Below are positions 28,165-34,973 of a stretch of 61,602 bases of DNA, piece after piece. The position numbers and the translations under genes are program-made. The notes beneath the pieces are model-generated. The model had not been told where the DNA came from. It ran no database searches and saw only the letters and a program-made list of their open reading frames with translations. The DNA is from a bacterium (lineage in GTDB: Bacteria > Sysuimicrobiota > Sysuimicrobiia > Sysuimicrobiales > Kaftiobacteriaceae): positions 1 through 61,602 of the forward strand of contig DASWFZ010000098.1 of NCBI GenBank assembly GCA_036393975.1. The letters run 5' to 3'. How positions within the stretch are numbered: position 1 is the stretch's first letter; every line of letters starts with the position of its first letter.

Positions 28165-28178
28165 TTAGTCTAGACTAA
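28165..28178. promoter_or_regulatory. Perfect 14-bp AT-rich palindrome (candidate operator) upstream of the multicopper oxidase operon
   Basis: TTAGTCTAGACTAA lies 32-45 nt upstream of the MCO start, within the only AT-rich stretch of this spacer, which also holds -10-like TAATTT/TATTTG on the coding strand. Confidence 0.5.
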
Positions 28179-28428
28179 ATCATAGACCGCCCCGGTGCGC
28201 CGGTCAACCCCTGACGGCCCAAACATCTCCGCTGGGTTTTCCCGGAGCTCGCGGGGAGGCTTTCAAACCACGGGTGGCTCATCCGGCGCTATGGCCTCCA
28301 ATAGCTGGGGCTTGGTGGGCGGAAAAAAGCGGTCGTCGGTGGACGTGGAAAGAAACTTGGAAGTCGCGGAATCACCATCTATGCAGCGGTCGGGACGTCC
28401 GCAGACGTTGGTAGAAGATTGCTAGATC

Positions 28429-28476
28429 GGACTCCTAAGCCCCCGGGCGGGGGGTTGATTCCCTCCGGGCCCGCCA
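28429..28476 (+). repeat. tRNA-Arg(CCU) 3'-half copy 3 (most degraded att-like repeat)
   Basis: GGACTCCTAAGCCCCCGGGCGGGGGGTTGATTCCCTCCGGGCCCGCCA. The variable region is altered and the T loop has lost one base (TTGATT instead of TTCGATT). Confidence 0.75.
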
Positions 28477-28659
28477 ACCCGCATTAGGACGGCGTTTTTG
28501 CAATTTCGCGTCTGCAGAATCCTACAAAAAACCCCTGCTCCCCCGCTCCACGAGACCATAGAAACGCTCCTGCTGACGAAGCAGGCGCGGGCTCAGATTT
28601 CCAACAACCTTGGGCCGGCAGGGAGGTTGAAGAGGAAGTGCCCGCTCAAGTGCGTGTAA
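28477..28659 (+). pseudogene. Second integrase leader and N-terminus remnant (start codon lost)
   Basis: Collinear with 17833-17990: ACCCGCAT(C/T)AGGAC..TTTTGCAATTTCG..CAGAATCC(C)TACAAAAA.CCCCTGCTC.CCCGCTCC. ATA at 28558 sits where copy 1 has ATG at 17916, followed by LLLTKQA versus LVLTKQV. The frame stops at 28657. Confidence 0.65.
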
Positions 28660-28931
28660 CTCCTTGTGTTCGATGGCTCTCCCCCAGCCGTGTAGTCCGT
28701 TTACAGAAGGATGAGGGGAGTTCAAAAGTAGCGATGCTGTAGACAATACTCCCGAGCAACGGCCATAAGCTCTTAGTGACAGCTGGCGAAAGCGTACCAA
28801 GGTTCACAACGGAGGCGCGTGTTCGGATCGACCTGTAGCTGGTGCTGTACCGGCCTCCCGTCCAAAGGGCCAGGAGGCGCGTCTGCAGCCCGCGAAATAG
28901 TTCGGTCGTGCCGACGCTACCTTCTGATGAA

Positions 28932-29117
28932 ATGTGGCGACAACTCCTGACCGGAAAAAACCCCCAGATGCACAGGATGCGAGCGCTTCATCGACTCCTG
29001 CCGGCGAGCCCTCGGTGCAGGCTCTGTGCGGCCCCTTTCGGTGGGGTCGGCAGCCTCCTGATGCGGGTGATGGGGCATGGACCGTCACGGAAGAACCCTA
29101 ACTTCTGCAATACCTGA
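28932..29117 (+). other. N-terminal four-Cys zinc-ribbon segment of the cyclase gene, ending at an in-frame TGA
   Basis: Same frame as the 29124 ORF. ...RCRLCAAPFGGVGSLLMRVMGHGPSRKNPNFCNT-TGA-DIVARTHPGGAEIEL, so the pattern CxxC...CxxX has the TGA (29115-29117) at the fourth Cys position. Possible starts are ATG 28932 or ATG 28968. Confidence 0.55.
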
Positions 29118-29123
29118 GATATC

Positions 29124-29702
29124 GTGGCGCGCACGCACCCGGGCGGTGCGGAGATCGAGCTCTCCCTCTTGTTTGCTGACGTCCGCGGCTCCTCGACTCT
29201 GGCCGAGCGGATGAGCCCCGCGGAGTTCAGTCAGATCATGAACCGGTTCTACGCGGTGGCAAACAACATTCTGATTAGCTCGGATGCTCTCATCGACAAG
29301 CTTGTGGGGGATGAGGTCGTCGCCTTCTACATCCCGGCCGTCGGATTGGATCATCCGCGCTTTGCGATCAACGCGGCGCAGGCCCTGCTTCGAGCGACCG
29401 GCCACGCGGATCCTGGCGGGCCTTGGATTCCGGTCGGCGTCGGCGTCCATACCGGCATCGCCTATGTCGGCTCGGTGGGGACGAAAGAAACTGTTACGGA
29501 CTGGACAGCGCTGGGCGATGCAGTCAACGTCGCGGCCAGGCTGGCGCAGGTCGCCCAGGCCGGCGAGGCACTCATCAGCGACGCGGCGTATGCAGCATCC
29601 GCCCTCGACCTCGGCGCGTTGGAGCGCCGCCGGCTGGAGTTGAAAGGTCGCACGGAACCCATCGGCGTCCACGTGGTGCGCGCATCTCGTGCCACGATTT
29701 GA
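29124..29702 (+). CDS. Class III adenylate/guanylate cyclase catalytic domain (likely ATP-specific)
   Basis: LLFADVRGSSTLAERM and DKLVGDEVVAFY carry the metal-binding Asp residues. ALGDAVNVAARL and LELKGRTEPIGVHVV are also present. The Lys in KLVGD and the Asp in TDWTALGD sit where adenine-specifying K/D residues lie in class III cyclases. Confidence 0.8.
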   Translation: MARTHPGGAEIELSLLFADVRGSSTLAERMSPAEFSQIMNRFYAVANNILISSDALIDKLVGDEVVAFYIPAVGLDHPRFAINAAQALLRATGHADPGGPWIPVGVGVHTGIAYVGSVGTKETVTDWTALGDAVNVAARLAQVAQAGEALISDAAYAASALDLGALERRRLELKGRTEPIGVHVVRASRATI

Positions 29703-30003
29703 GGTTAGACTCTGGGTCAGGAGACCATTGCTCGCACGATGCACTTTGGCCGCCTCGTAGCACGGCCAGTGTCTACACGTCAGCATCGGAGCGGGGCCTG
29801 GCTACGCAAGGTCGAGCGGGATGAGGACTGCCCCAGCCCTAGTGCAAGACGCGTGGGACTGAGCAAGGCCTCCAGACTGACTTCGTCGCCCTAGAGCATG
29901 TGCCCATGTCACGTCCCCATCGCCGCGAGCCGGGGATCACTCCTCCGCTCGTAAGAAGCCAGTGCCGATCGGCTGGTGCACGGACGCAGTGGCTTGAGCC
30001 TAC

Positions 30004-30030
30004 TTGAACAGTTTCGAGTGTTGAACAGTT
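30004..30030 (+). promoter_or_regulatory. Direct repeat TTGAACAGTT x2 in the AT-rich region upstream of the cNMP-binding/flavoprotein operon
   Basis: TTGAACAGTT at 30004-30013 and 30021-30030 (17-bp register), followed by GAAAAAT. About 65-90 nt upstream of the start at 30097. Confidence 0.35.
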
Positions 30031-30096
30031 GAAAAATCACACCCCACCCAGTCACCGCACTGCGTTGTCACCTTCCAGGAATCGGGGAACTCCGTG

Positions 30097-30513
30097 ATGA
30101 GTCGGGCGGAACTGATTGACACGCTCGCTGGGCTGGCACTATTTGCGGATCTGTCGCGCCCCCAGTTGGAAGCCGTGGCGCATACCTTCGAGGAGGAATA
30201 CTTCGCGGACGGACAGCGCGTCCTACGGCAGGGATTTTCCGGCAGCAACCTCTACATTGTCGTCAGCGGTCAGGCCGCGGTCCACGTGGATGGTACGCAA
30301 CGGACGATACTGTCCCGGGGGGATTTCTTTGGGGAGATCTCCATTCTCCTCGGAGAGCCGCCGGTCGCAGATGTCGTTGCCATGGGCCCTCTGCGCTGCC
30401 TCGCCCTCGCTGGTTCTGAGGTAGAGACCTTCCTACTAGCCTATCCTCGTGTGACCTACCGGATGCTACAGGCCGAAGCACGGCGCGTGCGGAGCACCAA
30501 CTTGTGGCGGTGA
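30097..30513 (+). CDS. Stand-alone cyclic-nucleotide-binding (CNB) domain protein, no output domain
   Basis: LFADLSRPQLEAVAHTFEEEYFADGQRVLRQG ... GDFFGEISILLGEPPVADVVA has the CAP/CNB fold pattern. The phosphate-binding-cassette Arg position is occupied by Pro (PVA instead of R-S/T-A). GTG at 30094 is an alternative start. Confidence 0.8.
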   Translation: MSRAELIDTLAGLALFADLSRPQLEAVAHTFEEEYFADGQRVLRQGFSGSNLYIVVSGQAAVHVDGTQRTILSRGDFFGEISILLGEPPVADVVAMGPLRCLALAGSEVETFLLAYPRVTYRMLQAEARRVRSTNLWR

Positions 30514-32036
30514 CGCGCCGGCAGCCCCAGTCCCGCCGGCGGCGTAGCGCGTCGGTGCGTCCGTTTCCGCCCGGGTGGTACCCGGTCATTACCGTCGGTA
30601 GCGGCCCGGGCGGGTTGCAGACCAGTTACTTCCTGCGGCGGCTTGGCGTCGAGCATGCCGCCCTCTCGGCGGATCCGGGGGCAGGGGGCATGTTCCGTCG
30701 CTATCCGCTCTTTCAGCGGCTCATCAGCTGGTCCAAGCCGTACGCGCCGGTCGAGCGTGGCACACGGCCGTACGAGTGGTACGACTGGAACAGCCTGCTG
30801 GGGGATGCACCGGGTCACGGGGCGCTCGTCCCAGAGTTCATGGACGGGAATTCGTATTTCCCCTCGCGCACCGCGATGGAACGCGGCTTGGCCGCATTTG
30901 CTGATCGCGCCCGCGTGCCGGTCAGGTACAACTGCCGATGGGAAGGGACGAAGAGAACCGATGATGGGTTCGTGCTGGTCACTAGCGACGGTGAGTACGC
31001 CTGCCGCGTGGTCGTGTTCGCCATCGGCATGGCGGAGCCGTGGACTCCTGAGGTGCCCGGCATGGATCTGGTCCCGCACTACGTGCGAACGGCATCGCCG
31101 CGCGAGTATGCGGATAAGCGGGTCGTGATCCTCGGCAAGCGCAATTCAGGGTTTGAAGTGGCCGATGCCCTGTTGCCGTGGGCGCGCCAGATTATTTTGT
31201 TGTCTCCGCGGCCGGCGCTCCTGTCCATTCACAGCCGCTCGACCGCCGGTGTTCGCGCCCGGTATTTGCTCCCGTACGAGGATCATGTGCTCGGCGGCGG
31301 AGTGTTCGTCCTGGATGCCGCGACCGAACGCATCGAGCGCACCCCCTCAGGGTACCGCGTCTACGCCAAGGGCACGACGCGACCGAGTGATTTTGCCCTC
31401 GACACCGATACGGTCATCGCCGCAACCGGCTTCACGACGCCACTACTGGATCTCCGTACCCTGGGGGTTGCGACGTTCAACCAAGATCGACTGCCCGCGT
31501 TGACCCCGTTCTGGGAGAGTACGACGGTGCGCGGAGTCTTTTTCGCCGGAACGGTTACCCAGGGAGCGATCGGGCTGAAAAAACACGGGATCCCCAGCAA
31601 CTCGGGCGGGGTCGCAGGGTTCAGGCACAATGCACGCGTGCTAGCGCGTCATTTAGCGGAGACCTACTTTGGCATCACCGTCCCACGGGCCGGTCTGCGG
31701 CGGGACAATGTGGTACTGCACCTGTTATCGGAAGTGACGCACGCTCCCGAATTGTGGAATCAGCGTTCATATCTGGCCCGCGTGGTGAACGTGCACTCGC
31801 GCGAAAGGATCGAGGAAGAAGGGATTCTGCCGCTCTCCCACTTCGTTGATGTGGGCGGGCCCGATGCGGTCGCGATCGTCCTGGAGACCGACCAGACGGG
31901 CGATCACCACCCGGCTGTCTACGTTCGCCGCGGCGGCCGCGTGACCGAACACGTACTCCCGTCAGACCCCCTGCACAACTTCGAAACGCCCGCCCACCGT
32001 GCGCAACTGACCGCGCTACTGGACGGACTGCTGTAG
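30504..32036 (+). CDS. NAD(P)/FAD-dependent oxidoreductase (flavin monooxygenase / thioredoxin-reductase-like two-dinucleotide-binding fold)
   Basis: FAD motif VITVGSGPGG and second Rossmann motif VVILGKRNSGFEVA. The start (GTG 30504 or GTG 30510) overlaps the CNB stop (GTGA), implying translational coupling. The ~120-aa C-terminal extension has no function I can assign. Confidence 0.75.
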   Translation: MAVTRRQPQSRRRRSASVRPFPPGWYPVITVGSGPGGLQTSYFLRRLGVEHAALSADPGAGGMFRRYPLFQRLISWSKPYAPVERGTRPYEWYDWNSLLGDAPGHGALVPEFMDGNSYFPSRTAMERGLAAFADRARVPVRYNCRWEGTKRTDDGFVLVTSDGEYACRVVVFAIGMAEPWTPEVPGMDLVPHYVRTASPREYADKRVVILGKRNSGFEVADALLPWARQIILLSPRPALLSIHSRSTAGVRARYLLPYEDHVLGGGVFVLDAATERIERTPSGYRVYAKGTTRPSDFALDTDTVIAATGFTTPLLDLRTLGVATFNQDRLPALTPFWESTTVRGVFFAGTVTQGAIGLKKHGIPSNSGGVAGFRHNARVLARHLAETYFGITVPRAGLRRDNVVLHLLSEVTHAPELWNQRSYLARVVNVHSRERIEEEGILPLSHFVDVGGPDAVAIVLETDQTGDHHPAVYVRRGGRVTEHVLPSDPLHNFETPAHRAQLTALLDGLL

Positions 32037-32156
32037 ACCTATCCAACCCAAATCAGATCCACCCACCCCAAGATCGCACAACGAGGATGGCTGAGCCCGG
32101 GTCTCCTTAACTCAACCATCTATCTGAGGGGTCAGGCAGAGTTGGTGGACTCGTAG

Positions 32157-32579
32157 TCAGTGCGTGTGTTGCTCGCTGACGCTGCGCAGACGACTGGCCA
32201 CGACGCGGAGGAGGGCAAGGGTCATCTTTGGGTTTTTCTCCAGGAGCTTTGAGAGCTCCCAGGAAGCCAAGGCGAGGCAGGTCGTGGGTTCCTCGGCGAT
32301 GACATGGGCCATCCGGGGCGTTTGGTCTAGCACCGACAATTCGCCGAAAAAGTCCCCCGGGCCCAGGCGGGCGATAACATTGTTCCCCCGCACCACTCTG
32401 GCCCGACCGGCGGCGATGAGGTAGAAGCCGGTTCCGACCTGGCCCTGTCGGACGACGTACCGCTCCGGCGCGAAGTCGATTTCGGTCATCAGGCCCACAA
32501 TCTCGCCCAGCGCCTTCGGGCCAACGCCGGAAAACAGACTGACCTTGCGCAACAGGGTGGTCTTTTGGTTCTTAGTCAA
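32157..32579 (-). CDS. Stand-alone cyclic-nucleotide-binding domain protein (canonical phosphate-binding cassette)
   Basis: LRKVSLFSGVGPKALGEIVGLMTEIDFAPERYVVRQG ... GDFFGELSVLDQTPRMAHVIA, with the Arg of the cassette retained. 140 aa, no HTH. TTG start. Confidence 0.8.
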   Translation of the reverse strand: MTKNQKTTLLRKVSLFSGVGPKALGEIVGLMTEIDFAPERYVVRQGQVGTGFYLIAAGRARVVRGNNVIARLGPGDFFGELSVLDQTPRMAHVIAEEPTTCLALASWELSKLLEKNPKMTLALLRVVASRLRSVSEQHTH

Positions 32580-32642
32580 GGCCCTTGATTACTCCCAGGG
32601 TGGGTGCGAGTTGGTTCCCTCTGCATTCTTCCGTCTCCTGCG

Positions 32643-32939
32643 TCAGCGCAGTTTGACGTCCGGGGCCTTGAGGGTCGCCCCCGTCTCATCGAGGATCCCG
32701 ATCTTCGTCTGAATAGTCGCTCGGCTGGCGACAAACAGATCGTCGCGGTGAATCGCAAGAAAGCGGTAACCCAGAAGGGGCTTGAGCCGCGCGATGGCCG
32801 CGGGGATATCGTCCGGAGAGGGGGCCACGATGATCACACCCCCCGACGTGCGCACATCAACTTGGCCCGTGGGATCGGGGGTGCCCTGGAGTCGCTGGCA
32901 GAGACGGTCGATCAGTTCCTGGCGGGTGAGCCTGGGCAT
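32643..32939 (-). CDS. Hypothetical 98-aa protein; last-but-one gene of the mannitol operon
   Basis: GGAGCG RBS 5 nt upstream. Starts 9 nt after the mtlD stop. I could recognise no family. Confidence 0.5.
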   Translation of the reverse strand: MPRLTRQELIDRLCQRLQGTPDPTGQVDVRTSGGVIIVAPSPDDIPAAIARLKPLLGYRFLAIHRDDLFVASRATIQTKIGILDETGATLKAPDVKLR

Positions 32940-32948
32940 TGTACGCTC

Positions 32949-34103
32949 CTACACCTGAGGAGATCCGGCTCTACGCTGATCCCGCTGGGCCTCCGCGACG
33001 AGCTCCAGCAGCGGATGCTGAGGCGGCAAGTTTGCGAGCTGCATGAGCGTGGCGCGCCATCCTTGTCGTTCGACGGCTTGTCCGAGTTGCACTGCAGACG
33101 GATCGTCTGGCGCGCGATACGCCAGAGCGGCGGCAATTGCTGTCGCGAGGTCGCGAGCGGGCAGCCCCGCATCGACGGCGACCCGGGCGGGGCCGCACAG
33201 CCGATCGCTAGAGCCCAGTTTGCGGAGCGGGTCCCGCGCCACTCGGGCAATGGGGTCGCTCAGCCGCGGGTCGCGGAATCGGGCGAGGCTCCGGCTGGCA
33301 TATTCCGTCAACTCCTCGCGCGAAAAGACCGGGTGAAGATGCTGGAGCGCCGCGGCGCTTTCGGCCGCGGCCCCCTCCACGATCCGCTGGATCACAGGAT
33401 CCCGCATTGCTTCATCAATGCGCCGGTACCCGCGTTGGGCACCCAAGTATGCCACCGCAGCGTGGAGACCATTGACCAACCATAGCTTGCGCACGCGATA
33501 CGGTTCCAGATCCTCGACAAACATTACGCCGTCGATCCGGGGGACCGGACCGACCCAGCCGCCGCGCGCGACGAGGAATTCAAACGATTCTTCCACCGTC
33601 ACTGCAAACGGCTGCTGCGGATCGGTCGACCCCGTCACAATGCGATCGACGACGCAGTCAGGGAATCCCGCCCAGGCAGGCATGGCCCAGGTCGTTTGGC
33701 CCTCCACGAGCGAGCGGAGCCGCGTCGAGTTACCTGTCAGGTTCTCGCAGGCGATGACGTTGACCGCCGCCGCCGGATGGCGGCGCAGGCCATCCCGAAT
33801 CGGTTCGGCCACAGCCGGCAGGACCCCGGGCCCGACCGCGGTCGTCACCAGGTCCGCGCCGGCAACCGCCCCCACCACAGTTTCGATGTCCGCCGCATGC
33901 ACCGCCCGCACCCCGTCGATAGTTTCCACGCGTTCGCCTTCGCGTGTGAGAATCCGAACTGGATACCGGCCTAGAGTGTTTAACTGACGGACGACGTCAT
34001 CAACGACGTCCACAAAGGTAACATCATAGCCGGAGCGCCGCAGCACATAGCCGACGAGACCCCGCCCGATGTTCCCGGCCCCAAACTGCACCGCTTGCGT
34101 CAC
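32949..34103 (-). CDS. mtlD: Mannitol-1-phosphate 5-dehydrogenase
   Basis: N-terminal AVQFGAGNIGRGLVGYVL matches the MtlD HFGAGNIGRGFIG dinucleotide motif. 384 aa. 4-nt overlap with EIIA. Confidence 0.85.
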   Translation of the reverse strand: MTQAVQFGAGNIGRGLVGYVLRRSGYDVTFVDVVDDVVRQLNTLGRYPVRILTREGERVETIDGVRAVHAADIETVVGAVAGADLVTTAVGPGVLPAVAEPIRDGLRRHPAAAVNVIACENLTGNSTRLRSLVEGQTTWAMPAWAGFPDCVVDRIVTGSTDPQQPFAVTVEESFEFLVARGGWVGPVPRIDGVMFVEDLEPYRVRKLWLVNGLHAAVAYLGAQRGYRRIDEAMRDPVIQRIVEGAAAESAAALQHLHPVFSREELTEYASRSLARFRDPRLSDPIARVARDPLRKLGSSDRLCGPARVAVDAGLPARDLATAIAAALAYRAPDDPSAVQLGQAVERQGWRATLMQLANLPPQHPLLELVAEAQRDQRRAGSPQV

Positions 34104-34552
34104 GTCTCATCTTGCCAGGGTCGGCCCAGCGTCTCATACACGAAGGCGGCACTGGTCGTCGTCCACAGCGCTTTCGCCACGGTCTCGTCCTCTAGCACTC
34201 GGGCCAGATTGGCCAGGACGCCGATATGCTCCTGGCGGACGGCCGCGATCCCCACAACTAGGTACGCAATATTCGAGCCGTCCCAGGTCACGCCGTGGGG
34301 GAACTGCGCAATAGCGATGCCGGTAGCGAGGATGAGCGTCTTGTCGTCGAACGTCCCGTGAGGAATGGCCACACCATTTCCCACGTACGTGGACATGGTG
34401 AGTTCGCGTTCCTTCATGGACGCGACATAGGCAGGCTGCACATAGCCGCCGTCCACAAGCATCTGACCGACCCGATCAATAGCCTCATCCCGGCTACTCG
34501 CCTGCTCGCCCAGGCGGATCAATTCCAGGCTGAGGACCGGTGGCGGCGGCAC
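34100..34552 (-). CDS. PTS mannitol/fructose-family EIIA component
   Basis: Active-site region GNGVAIPHGT (phosphorylatable His) as in MtlA domain IIA. 150 aa. Confidence 0.85.
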   Translation of the reverse strand: MPPPPVLSLELIRLGEQASSRDEAIDRVGQMLVDGGYVQPAYVASMKERELTMSTYVGNGVAIPHGTFDDKTLILATGIAIAQFPHGVTWDGSNIAYLVVGIAAVRQEHIGVLANLARVLEDETVAKALWTTTSAAFVYETLGRPWQDET

Positions 34553-34560
34553 TGTGCTCC

Positions 34561-34881
34561 TTAGCTTGAGATGGGCTGTCCCGCTTTCAACTTCTTGACC
34601 AGCTCATCGTAGACCGGGTTATTCACGAAATTCATGAACGGGATGACCACCGCGGTGGGCGCCGCTTCTTCCGCCCGCTTTGCCAGCCCGGCGTGGGCGA
34701 CGACGACGTCGGCATCTTTCGGGATGGCGTGAACGGCGGTGGCGACGACCTCCACGGCGAGTCCGGCATCCTTCAGCTTGCGCTTTAGCTGGTTCGCGCC
34801 GATGAGACTCGACCCCATCCCGGCCTCGCACGCAAAGACGATCTTGTGCACCTCGGCTGCCTGCTTAACCACCTGGCCCAT
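34561..34881 (-). CDS. PTS mannitol-family EIIB component
   Basis: KIVFACEAGMGSSLIGANQLKRKLKDAGL matches MtlA IIB (ACDAGMGSSAMG), including the active-site Cys. Confidence 0.85.
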   Translation of the reverse strand: MGQVVKQAAEVHKIVFACEAGMGSSLIGANQLKRKLKDAGLAVEVVATAVHAIPKDADVVVAHAGLAKRAEEAAPTAVVIPFMNFVNNPVYDELVKKLKAGQPISS

Positions 34882-34973
34882 ACCTGCGCCTCCTCTGAGT
34901 ACCCGGAGAAAGGACCCGCCGGCGGGCTGTACCGCCGGCGGGTCTGTTCATCTCCTACTCTAGCGCAATGCGG

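Larger units (their letters stand above)
25497..28476. mobile_element. Putative island C (3.0 kb): TatA, ZIP transporter, Tat-exported multicopper oxidase
   Basis: Bounded by tRNA-Arg 3'-half copies 2 and 3. It contains only a three-gene minus-strand metal-related unit and its AT-rich control region. Confidence 0.45.

Noticed and set aside
29124-29702. A pyrimidine-specific (Pycsar-type) cyclase assignment.
   Set aside because: The Lys of KLVGD and the Asp of TDWTALGD occupy the positions of the adenine-specifying pair, so cAMP is the more likely product. The defence-like idea is kept only as a lower-probability hypothesis.
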